From contig JAYUUO010000001.1 of assembly GCA_043754515.1 (NCBI GenBank), positions 538 to 64,537 of the forward strand: a DNA stretch of 64,000 nucleotides, given 5' to 3'. Source of the DNA: Armatimonadota bacterium. Lineage in GTDB: Bacteria > Armatimonadota > Armatimonadia > Armatimonadales > Armatimonadaceae. Under the pieces are notes generated by a model. That model made no database searches and was not told where the DNA came from. It saw nothing but the letters and a program-made list of their open reading frames with translations. This document shows positions 45,684-54,871 of the stretch, piece by piece (within the stretch, counting starts at the first letter, position 1; every line of letters starts with the position of its first letter). A program made the position numbers and the translations under genes.

Positions 45684-46373
45684 ATGAGGCGAGGCGGATT
45701 CACCCTACTCGAGTTGCTGTGTGCACTCGCAATAGTGAGTCTGCTTTGCGCCGTGCTACTGTCCGCCGCCGTGCAATCACGGCGGCGGGCACAAGCGCAG
45801 GCCTGTTCATCTAATGTACGGTGCCTGGGTATTGCGGTGCTGACGTACTCTCAGGATTATGATGGAACATATGCGACCATCATCCAAACCGACTTCGACT
45901 CAAAGGGGATAGCCCATGCAACAGGAGTTAAAACATGGCACGATTTGCTACGACCTTATGTGGGCAGTGAACTTCCCCGTTGCCCATTAGTTTCTGTAAC
46001 AGGCTTCTACGCAAATCACCCCTATACCTGTGGTTACGCATACAATCTCTGGCTCAACGGCTACACCACATCAATGATCGGGTTGCACCCTGAAGGGCAG
46101 TCAGAGGAAAGCATAAGACTTTCTTCCCTCACAGCGGCGATAGCCGAGGCCCGTACGGGTGTAACCGCATTGCGAAACCGCGATGAGGGACCCATAAAGT
46201 ACGTGGGCTTTGTCGCACAGAATATGGTTGCCACGTTTCCCAAGGAAGCCCCCGGTTCAATTCGACATAGCGGCGGCGCGAACTACGCCTTTCTGGACGG
46301 TCATGCGAAATGGCTTCGTCCAGCGGATGTTGTTGCTAAATGTGATGGAATGAAGCCGTGTTTCGAGCCATGA
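45684..46373 (+). CDS. prepilin-type N-terminal cleavage/methylation protein with H-X9-DG (DUF1559-like) C-terminus
   Basis: MRRGGFTLLELLCALAIVSLL (prepilin motif G|FTLLE) and GGANYAFLDGHAKWL near the C-terminus. Start placed at ATG 45684. Confidence 0.8.
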   Translation: MRRGGFTLLELLCALAIVSLLCAVLLSAAVQSRRRAQAQACSSNVRCLGIAVLTYSQDYDGTYATIIQTDFDSKGIAHATGVKTWHDLLRPYVGSELPRCPLVSVTGFYANHPYTCGYAYNLWLNGYTTSMIGLHPEGQSEESIRLSSLTAAIAEARTGVTALRNRDEGPIKYVGFVAQNMVATFPKEAPGSIRHSGGANYAFLDGHAKWLRPADVVAKCDGMKPCFEP

Positions 46374-46723
46374 GTTTCATACCCAAGATGAGCAAAGGCC
46401 ACCTCTCGTATAGAGTTTCGCTTATCAGACGCCCCTGTCTTAAGTGCCGGTCGCGGCGGGGGTGACGCGCGGGATGCGGGCGATGGCGGTTCCGCTCGCC
46501 TGCGTTCTGCTCCTCGCGTGGGGGGGGCTGTCTCCTGACTACGCTGCGGCATGAGACGCGGCCGATTCACGAAGTCGAGCGGGTGACGCAGATCGGCGAG
46601 GCGAGGATGTGCGCCGAAATAATGGGCATGCCCTTCCCTTAACGAGGCATTCGGTGACTGAAGCATGCTGTAGCGAGTATTCTCAAAGATTTCTATGTTT
46701 CATATGGGAGCCGGTGTGTTATA

Positions 46724-47269
46724 ATGTCAAAACCTATTGTTCGAAATGTCATGCCCGATACACGCACTTCTTCACTACCCGACGATAGCACTGTGGAAAC
46801 GGTAGGCTCGAATACAAGCCTTCTGAGCCGCCGGAGCGGGGAGGAGTCCGTACGTCGGGTCGCGCAATCCGTGATCAACCGGAGCCCGGAAGGGGGAGAC
46901 AACAAAGTGCGGCGTCGGTCTCGTCGCGCGCGGCACACGCCGATCCTCGCCGGGAGCGGGTTGCAGTTCCATTACGGAGTAGGAATACTTTTGTTTTTCG
47001 CGTTGATCTTCGTCATATTCCGCGACAAGATTAGTAAAAACCTTTGGGCGGTTATGCATCCCCCGCATCCTGTCGCTCCGGTGGGATCAGTCCAAGGAGT
47101 CGCCGTCCCGGTGGGACCCGCGCCCTGGTGGTTCCACGTTGAGATACCCGCGCTACTGATTGGTCTCGCCATATGGTTGTATCTGACTCCCGGTATATGG
47201 GACTCGATTAAAGTTGCCATCGGTCTGCGCAAAGACAAAGAACGTCGCGCCCGCCGCCGTCATAGCTGA
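46724..47269 (+). CDS. hypothetical membrane protein
   Basis: Two hydrophobic helices (GVGILLFFALIFVIF, IPALLIGLAIWLYL) and basic termini. No family recognised. Confidence 0.45.
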   Translation: MSKPIVRNVMPDTRTSSLPDDSTVETVGSNTSLLSRRSGEESVRRVAQSVINRSPEGGDNKVRRRSRRARHTPILAGSGLQFHYGVGILLFFALIFVIFRDKISKNLWAVMHPPHPVAPVGSVQGVAVPVGPAPWWFHVEIPALLIGLAIWLYLTPGIWDSIKVAIGLRKDKERRARRRHS

Positions 47270-47390
47270 TCCGCGCCCGGTAAATATCTGCCATGACCTT
47301 GCCGGGGATGTCCATCGTGCCGCCAGGAACACGGGCATGACACACCACCGTAAGGAAGACAACATCAGTATCGTTCGGGAGGCTTTATCT

Positions 47391-48524
47391 ATGCCACGTT
47401 TTCAATCCACCATTGCCGCTATTATCGTCGCCACCACGGCAGTCGCCGTTTCCATCACGGCAGCGACATACGCGCAGTCGCCCGCGCCCGCTACCGCGAC
47501 TCTCACTATCGGTTCGCCCGCGCCGAAACTGCCCGTCGCGGAGTGGGTTAAAGGGAAGCCTGTCACGCTTGGGGACGGCGGCATCCATGTCGTTGAGTTC
47601 TGGGCGACCTGGTGCGGTCCCTGTAAAGTGAGCATCCCACACCTAACCGCCATGGCGAAAAAATACGCGGGCAAGGCTGATTTCACCGGCGTCAGCGTCT
47701 GGGAGCGCGGCGCGGATGTGCCGACCCTGGTAAAGACATTCGTGACCAAGATGGGCACGAAAATGGATTACCACGTCGCCCGTGACGATGCGAAGGGGAC
47801 GCTGGCCGCCACCTGGATGACCGCGGCGGGGCAGGACGGGATCCCGACTGCCTTCCTGATTGACAAGACCGGCAAAGTTGTCTGGATCGGTCACCCGATG
47901 GACGGGCTTGACGAGGCGGTAGGCAAGGTAGTCGCCGGAACCTTCGATACGGCTAGCGCGGCTAAAGGGATAAAAGAGAAACAAGAAGCAAAGGCGAAAG
48001 ACGCCGCGAAGTCCGCTAAACTCGACGAACTTTTCGGACCCGCCCTTGCCCTTGCCCGACAGAAAAAGTTGCCCGAGGCGGTCGCCGCCATTGACGCGGT
48101 TTTAGCGAGCAACGCGGGATACGCGGGCGATGTCGCCCCGCTTAAGTTTCGGATGATGATGAGTTACGACGAGGTGGGGGCACAGTCGTATGCGGCGAGG
48201 GCGGCGAAGGCGGAATTAAAGGACAAACCCGAGACGTTAAACCAGATCGCCTGGGGGATTGTCGAGCCGAAGTCCGTGGTCAAGAAACCAGACTACACTT
48301 CGGCGGTGATCATTGCGGAGGCGGGGGTCGCCGCCACCCAGGGGAAAGATCCGATGGTTCTTGACACTCTGTCCTACGCCTATGAGAAGGCGGGTGACCT
48401 CGATAAGGCGATCTCGACGGAGGAGAAAGCGGTTGGATTGTTCCCGGTGGATGCGAAGTCGGAGGATCAAGCGAACATGATCGCTCGCGTCGTGACGCTG
48501 AAGAAACTCAAGGCAACGAAATAG
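47391..48524 (+). CDS. TlpA/ResA-like periplasmic thioredoxin with helical (TPR-like) C-terminal domain
   Basis: Start at ATG 47391 (GGGAGG 9 nt upstream), signal-like IAAIIVATTAVAVSITAATYA, and active site FWATWCGPC. Confidence 0.8.
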   Translation: MPRFQSTIAAIIVATTAVAVSITAATYAQSPAPATATLTIGSPAPKLPVAEWVKGKPVTLGDGGIHVVEFWATWCGPCKVSIPHLTAMAKKYAGKADFTGVSVWERGADVPTLVKTFVTKMGTKMDYHVARDDAKGTLAATWMTAAGQDGIPTAFLIDKTGKVVWIGHPMDGLDEAVGKVVAGTFDTASAAKGIKEKQEAKAKDAAKSAKLDELFGPALALARQKKLPEAVAAIDAVLASNAGYAGDVAPLKFRMMMSYDEVGAQSYAARAAKAELKDKPETLNQIAWGIVEPKSVVKKPDYTSAVIIAEAGVAATQGKDPMVLDTLSYAYEKAGDLDKAISTEEKAVGLFPVDAKSEDQANMIARVVTLKKLKATK

Positions 48525-48556
48525 TCGCCCCGTCGAATGCGGAGGCGGCGCGGGAC

Positions 48557-49117
48557 ATGGGCGGGGATTATCTGCCACAACTGATCATGCGCCGCCCCGA
48601 TCAGCCGGGGCCACCGGCTCTCGATCTGCCCGTCGGCTACTCCCTACATCGGTGCCCGCGCGTCTTCACCGAGCGCGAGCGCGGCGGTATAGCCCGCGTC
48701 CTCGCCGGGGCGTTCACGGACGCGACGTGGCTCCCGGAGCGCGTGGAAAGCGTGTTCGTCGGCGATCCCGCCTGTAGTGCCACCTTCTATATCACTCGGG
48801 ATGATACGGACGAGGTCGTGGCCACGGCGACGGCACGCGAGGACGACTCCTTCCCCGGCGTTGGGTATCTGCACTTCGTCGCCGTGTCGCCCGACCAACG
48901 CGGCAAGCATCTAGGGTATTGCGTCTCGCTAGCGGTGCTCCATGAATTCGCGCGCTCCGGCTTGCGCGGGGCAGTGCTGACCACCGACGATCACCGGGTC
49001 GCGGCTATAGTGACTTACCTGAGACTCGGCTTCGCACCGCTCCTGGCGCACGCCTCACACGCGGTGCGGTGGGAGGCAGTGCTCAAGCAGATCGCGTCAA
49101 GGCACCGCTCGCCTTAA
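48557..49117 (+). CDS. GNAT family N-acetyltransferase
   Basis: The acetyl-CoA motif VAVSPDQRGKHLGYCV (Q/R-x-x-G-x-G/A) is present. Confidence 0.75.
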   Translation: MGGDYLPQLIMRRPDQPGPPALDLPVGYSLHRCPRVFTERERGGIARVLAGAFTDATWLPERVESVFVGDPACSATFYITRDDTDEVVATATAREDDSFPGVGYLHFVAVSPDQRGKHLGYCVSLAVLHEFARSGLRGAVLTTDDHRVAAIVTYLRLGFAPLLAHASHAVRWEAVLKQIASRHRSP

Positions 49118-49136
49118 CTCACTGGGCGGATTCGGC

Positions 49137-50674
49137 CTAAACAGGTGCCGTCGAAGGACGATAATTCCCGTGCCCGACTTCCCTCAACCGCGCCTGGGAA
49201 ACTCGATCTCGGCGTTGGAATAGTACCGGCGACACTGCGAACGGCATGGCCCGGATGACAACAAGTCCCGCGAGCGCGAGGCCGAAAAGTAGCAACGATC
49301 CGCCTTCGGGTACCACTACCGCCGTCTGGAGGCGTAGCCGCCATCCCCGATTGATGCTTGCGTTGTCCGTGCCGATATTGCTCGCGTACAACTGTCACGT
49401 TCCGTTTACCTTATTCGGGTCGAAGATATTCAGTTTCGAGCCGTATGGTCCCGTCGGGGCGGGCGTCGGAAGAAAAGCGTTCGGATCATTGTTCGTCGGC
49501 TTGTACGTGCCCGAGGTCAGCGTCCCCGGCGCATCAGGAATGGGGCCAGTCGCGCTGTCGCTGAAAGTCAGCACCGCGTCCGCCGCCTGAGTGCCATCGC
49601 TTAGCGAACCGGCACCGATCATCAGAGCGGTGTTCGTGCCATCGGGTGCGACAAGCGTGAGTTTCCCGAGCCACGATATGTGTATGTTCCCGTTGGTCCC
49701 CGTGAACGTGTTCTGGAATGAGTTGGTGCCGGGGTGAAGCGCGACCGCGTTCCCTGACCAGTAGTTGCTGACGTTGTTGCCGTGGCAACGGGTGAGTACC
49801 ACCAGCGCGCTGGTAATCTGATCCACCGCAAGGCCATCTATGTACTGATCCGGGGTCGAGTTAAGCACCGACTTACCGTCCGCGTTCATCTCGTGATAAA
49901 GGCGGCTCCACCACTTGATCGCGCCCGTGTCCGTCATAGCGAGCACGGCGGGTTCAAAATCTGGGTTCCCGTCCGGCCCGCCGTCCTCGGCGCGCAACCG
50001 GCCCGCGGCGCAGCAGTTCGAGCCGAACGGCTCGCCAAGCACATAGACCACGCGCCCGTCGCTCCCGACGTCCCACGGCTGGTTATCCACGTAATCGCCG
50101 GTTGCGTTTATCGTCCGCGCCCAGACAAGCGACTGCGGCACCGCGCCCCGCTTGACGTAGTTGTTATCGAGACGGGCGATGAAGTAGCCGCCTTTCGTAT
50201 ACGAGGACTGGCTATTCTTCACCGCGCCGGATATGTACAGCAAACCGGTGCGGCTCCCGACCGCGTTGGTGGTCTTGATGTGCCTTATGTTCTCGACCGC
50301 GCCCACCGGGAGCGACTTGACGTCCAATTGTTGCGACAGATCGTGCGAAAGGTGCAGAAGGAAGACGACCCGTCCGGTGCCCGCGCTGTTGTCAATACCG
50401 GACGCGGGAGCCTGCAACAAAGTCCGCTTCGCCGCCGGAATACCACGCGTCAGAGCGTCGAGAATTGCGCCGCGCTACCGGTGCTTCCGGCAACTACCAC
50501 GGTGCCATCGGACAGTTCGACGAGCGAGTTGAACGAAGTGGAAGGGGTCGCGGAGACATTCGTCGCGGCATAAAAAGCCGCGTTCGCGAACGCGGGGGGC
50601 GTGTCCGCCACGGCGGGAGCGACGACCATCAGACCGATGGGCAACAAAAACAGAACAGGGGCGAAACGAGACAT
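49137..50674 (-). pseudogene. secreted beta-propeller-like protein with PEP-CTERM-like tail, split in three
   Basis: Signal-peptide fragment from ATG 50674 (MSRFAPVLFLLPIGLMVVAPAVA) ends at 50450. The body (50420-49395) is in another frame. An in-frame TGA (49395-49397) separates the body from VVPEGGSLLLFGLALAGLVVIR. Confidence 0.55.
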
Positions 50675-50789
50675 GAAAAACTTTCCTTCTAGAAATGCAT
50701 CCGGTAGAAACATCCAACGACATATTTGGCGACGAGGTGCCGCAACCTTATCCAATGAATTACCGGCTTACCCGATGAATCACCGGTTA

Positions 50790-51500
50790 TCATGCCCTGA
50801 ACCGCTCCCACTCCCCCGCGTCATTCCGCACCTCGCAGGGGCGGAATCGCGTCTTGTAGTTCAGGCTGGGGCACCCCGCGACGTAGTAGCCGAAGTAAGC
50901 GTATGGTTTGCCTAGGTGCCGCGCTAGCTCAATGGTCTGAAGCATCACGAACACGCCCAACCCCCGTTCTCGTTCCTCCGGCTCGTGGTAATGATAAACG
51001 CCCGAGATGGTGTCTGGGGTTACTTCGGTCAGCGCGACCGCCTGCAACACGCTGCCCTCCCAGGCCGTAACCTCAACGCCGGTACGGAGCGGGTTATGCA
51101 GAAACGACTCGGCATAGCCGTCGGCCGTTTTCTCGGTCTCTTGCCACCCTTTGTTATTCGCCTGCATTGCGTGATACCGGTTGTAGAGGGCGAGACGCTC
51201 ATCATCCACGGCGGGGCGGGCGAACCGTACCTCAAGGTCGGCGTTTCTTTGTGAACATCGGCGTTGGGAGCGGTCAGGGGCGAACTCGTTGATGAGGATG
51301 CGCACGGGTCGGCACTCGCGGCACGATGCGCAAACCGGGCGGAAGAGATACCTGCCGAACTTGCGCCACCCGGCGTTCATCCGCTCCTCGTATTCGGCCG
51401 GCGAGAGCGTCGCGACCACTTCGTACAGAAGTTGCGACGTCTGGTCGGGCAGATATTGACAAACGTCCGGCTGGGTTGCGAACTGCTTCAAAACGATCAT
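50790..51500 (-). CDS. bpt: arginyl/leucyl-tRNA--protein transferase (ATE/Bpt family)
   Basis: CQYLPDQ, GWRKFGRYLFRP.C..C..C (Cys cluster CASCRECRP) and LYNRYH; ATE_N plus ATE_C architecture. Confidence 0.85.
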   Translation of the reverse strand: MIVLKQFATQPDVCQYLPDQTSQLLYEVVATLSPAEYEERMNAGWRKFGRYLFRPVCASCRECRPVRILINEFAPDRSQRRCSQRNADLEVRFARPAVDDERLALYNRYHAMQANNKGWQETEKTADGYAESFLHNPLRTGVEVTAWEGSVLQAVALTEVTPDTISGVYHYHEPEERERGLGVFVMLQTIELARHLGKPYAYFGYYVAGCPSLNYKTRFRPCEVRNDAGEWERFRA

Positions 51501-51628
51501 GGCGTATTGTAGCGGTAGTCGAGGGCGCGCCGCACCCCGTGATTTCTCGCCTTGACGAACGCCTCGCGATAGGGCATAGTAACAGGGGATTTTCCGGCAC
51601 CGGATCGTCCGGAAGGATTTACATTTTT

Positions 51629-52747
51629 ATGGCACTCGGAGTGGGTATTGTCGGTCTGCCGAACGTCGGCAAGTCTACGCTGTTCAACGCGATCACGAAG
51701 GCGGGCGCGGTCGCCGCGAACTACCCGTTTGCGACGATTGACAAAAACGTCGGCATCGTGACGCTCCCGGACGCGCGTCTGGACGCGCTCTCGAAGACGT
51801 TCACAAAGGGCGACCGCGTGCCCCCGATCATCCCGACCGCCGTGGAGTTCGTGGACATCGCCGGGCTGGTCAAAGGGGCGCACAAAGGAGAGGGGCTGGG
51901 GAACCAGTTCCTCGCCAACATCCGCGAGGTAGCCGCCATCGCCCACGTTGTGCGTTGCTTCGACGACGACAACATCATCCACGTCGAGAACAAGGTTGAC
52001 CCGGCGGACGACCTGGAAACGATCAACACGGAACTCGCGCTAGCCGACCTGCAAACGCTGGAGAAGCGCGTGGACCGCCTGAAGAAGACGGCGAAGAACA
52101 ATAAGGAAGATAAGGAACTGCTCGACATAGGCGAGCCGCTTCTGGCACATCTCGCGGAGGGAGCACCCGCCCGCACCTTCGCGACCGGCACGGATCGGGA
52201 GACGCGGGAGCGGGCGTTCAAGAACTTCGGCCTGCTCACCAGTAAGCCGGTGATCTATGTCGCGAACGTCGCCGAGGAAGACCTGCCAGACGGCGAAGGG
52301 AGTGCGCATGTCGCTGCCGTCCGCGCGTACGCGGCCCGCGAGGGCACTAATGTTGTCGTAGTCTCGGCGCGGATCGAGGCGGAACTCGCGGAGCTAGATG
52401 AGGCAGAGGCGACGGAATATCTGTCCGACATGGGGCTGACCGAAACCGGCCTGAACCGTCTGGTCAAAGTGGCGTATACGCTACTCGGACTGCGAACGTT
52501 CATCACGTCGGGCGAGAAGGAGGTCCGTGCCTGGACGATTCGCGCCGGGGACAAGGCACCTCGAGCGGCGGGCGTGATCCACACCGACCTGGAGCACGGC
52601 TTCATCCGCGCCGAAACCGTGGATTGGGACAAGCTGGTAACGGCGGGTGGCTGGGCGGCTGCGAAGGAAAAGGGGTGGGTTCGGATCGAGGGCAAGGAGT
52701 ACGAGGTCAGAGACGGCGACGTGATGAACTTCCTGCACCAGGGATAA
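51629..52747 (+). CDS. ychF: ribosome-binding ATPase YchF
   Basis: Start at ATG 51629 inside the longer ORF. MALGVGIVGLPNVGKSTLFNAIT, DIAGLVKGAHKGEGLGNQFL, and a TGS-like C-terminus ending RIEGKEYEVRDGDVMNF. Confidence 0.95.
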   Translation: MALGVGIVGLPNVGKSTLFNAITKAGAVAANYPFATIDKNVGIVTLPDARLDALSKTFTKGDRVPPIIPTAVEFVDIAGLVKGAHKGEGLGNQFLANIREVAAIAHVVRCFDDDNIIHVENKVDPADDLETINTELALADLQTLEKRVDRLKKTAKNNKEDKELLDIGEPLLAHLAEGAPARTFATGTDRETRERAFKNFGLLTSKPVIYVANVAEEDLPDGEGSAHVAAVRAYAAREGTNVVVVSARIEAELAELDEAEATEYLSDMGLTETGLNRLVKVAYTLLGLRTFITSGEKEVRAWTIRAGDKAPRAAGVIHTDLEHGFIRAETVDWDKLVTAGGWAAAKEKGWVRIEGKEYEVRDGDVMNFLHQG

Positions 52748-52814
52748 TTTCTCTATTCGCCGGATGACTCAGGGTGCATCTCCGCCGCTTGCCGCAATGT
52801 CAGCCATGTTTCTT

Positions 52815-53750
52815 TCAGCGGTTGGCCCACCGAACTTTCAGCCTGAGAGTTAGCAACAAGATTTGATACGCCTCAACGAATGCCCTACGGCGGCGGTGGA
52901 ACAGGTATAGAAAATGGCGCAAAAAGGCGGTGCAATTCAAGACGGTGAACTCGACTCCGCCTGTCTCTTTATACATGCTCACCGCATAATCCTGGACTTC
53001 GCGATCAATGGTCTCCGTGGTGATGAAAATATAATTCTGAATGCCGCCGTGGCGTAAGACTTTTTGTAGAGCAATATCAATATCTCCCAGAGTGACGCGG
53101 CGGGTTTTCATCTCGTAGCCGGTTAGTACGTTATTGTCGCCGGTTATAGTAACCTCGACGTCTCCTACTGACCTGGTTTGTTTGTCCGCCGCATTGTGAC
53201 TCCCGAGAGGCAACGCGCGTTCTCCCAGAAGCGCGCCACCTACCGCGTAAGCCGCCGCGACCAGCAACACTGGTAGACGGACTCGAGTAATGCGAGCGCA
53301 TGTGTTGCTCGACCAGGTTGATTATCTCCTCCGTAGATAGCGGGGTGGAACCGTACGCGGTGTTGTGGACACCTTCGTAACAGAAGAGCCAAACCTTGCC
53401 GCTTTTCTTCGCGTACAATCACAAGCCAGCGGATCAATTCCGCTAATAGATCTTCCGCCGTAAATTTGCCGTCGTACACTGCCGTCAGTAATCGCAGAGC
53501 CACTTTATACACCTCCGGAGGGCGACCGACCATGTTTAAGTGCCGCATTCTGGTTGCGAAAGGCTGGAGTCAGAAACGCGGTCGTTTCATTCACGGGAAG
53601 ACGGTTATCTGTCAAGAAGCGGGCTAAATAATTTTCGTCATAGGTACGACCGGAGAAGGCATCCTCACCACCGATTTCGGTATACGGCTTGCGTACGTCG
53701 ACTTGAGGGCGGTGCGCTTTGGCCAGGGCGCACGAGGGTACCAACCGCAC
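52815..53750 (-). pseudogene. restriction-endonuclease-like gene broken by at least three frameshifts
   Basis: Four overlapping minus-strand ORFs (53750-53505, 53548-53240, 53418-53131, 53270-52815) use frames 2, 1, 0, 2 and read as one protein. The last carries GDVEVTITGDNNVLTGYEMK (D...E-x-K). AT-richer DNA, directly downstream of the methylase remnant. Confidence 0.55.
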
Positions 53751-53808
53751 CCCCGAGCGGTTCTGGAGGTTGCGGCTTATAAGCTCGGCATCCGCGAGGC
53801 TGACGGGA

Positions 53809-54714
53809 TCAGAAAGAAAAGGGGAGGGTTGCTCCGCCTATCGCAACGCTTCCACGCGTCGCAACGCGTCGGCGAGTATTTCCTGGGGTGTTGACATGGG
53901 TCTCCTCGTTGGCTACAACTTCCTCGAAATTGGGCATCGTTCCGCGTACTTGAAGGCCACGCGGTGCATAATTTAGCCACAGAACTTCCGTCCGCTCCTG
54001 TTTCACGCTGTGGCACATTTTCGCCTGTGCCTCGACCAGTGTCAGCCTTCGTACAACTCGTCGTATAGCGGTCCGTGGTAGCCGGACAGTGCGACTTTGC
54101 CCTCGACATGACGTTAGCCGCTCCGCCAGAACGCGATGGTCTCTATCCGTCATTTCGTGCGCGTAGGCTTTGCTGTCATAGCGGGCGATCACATCCAATG
54201 CAGGAGCATTCTCGATCTGCACCTGGAGTAACCGTTGCGCGATCAAGGAAAGATCTTCAACGCTACCCAGCCAGCGGGACACCGCGCCCGCCATCCCCGC
54301 CCGACTCGTCAGTTTGCAATGCGCCCACCTGCCCGCGCTAGCGGTTTGCGCGAGGCCCGTACGCACTTGACGGGCGCGGACGAAGAAGCGCCGCGCCTGC
54401 TCGATCTCGGAAACCCCTTCGGTACCACCGCAGGCGCTGGCGAGTTCTTCGCGCGAGAAGGACGTTAATCCTATCGCCTCGATCAGAGCGGATTTTTGGT
54501 CACGGAGCACCGCGAAGAGGTTCACCACCTCGCTGTCGAGGTCGTTGTATTTTTCTACCGGCGCGGGAACGCGGTTGATCAGCACAGCTACCTACCCGCC
54601 GAACACGTCGCAGAAGTGACCCGCCGCAGGCAACAGAGGTAGCAACGAATCTAGATGGCTGTATTTGCCACCATACCACCCGAATGCGATTAACTTATCC
54701 GTTTGTTTGCCCAT
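53809..54714 (-). pseudogene. Dam-like (D12 class) N6-adenine DNA methyltransferase remnant
   Basis: N-terminus MGKQTDKLIAFGWYGGKY...DVFGG is followed by an in-frame TAG (54592-54594) inside SAM motif I, then VAVLINRVP...YNDLDSEVVNLFAVLRD. No DPPY motif is visible where expected (IARYDSKAYAHEMTDRDH). Confidence 0.7.
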
Positions 54715-54871
54715 GCTTCACCCTTTTACACCAACTAGCTTACGACGATCACCGCTCACCCACTGTATCGTCATCGGCGTCAGGATCGGCGGTCGCATAA
54801 ACGTTCAATAATCACCAGCGGCGGGCGCGGGCGGCGCGGCGTTGATTCCCACTCTTCCGCGCTGACGCCAT

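Noticed and set aside
46301-46666. A 121-aa minus-strand ORF in the 350-bp spacer after the prepilin-like gene, considered as a possible transposase or IS fragment.
   Set aside because: It has no recognisable transposase motif. It overlaps the 3' end of the prepilin-like gene in antisense, and its composition is low-complexity Arg/Pro/Ala.
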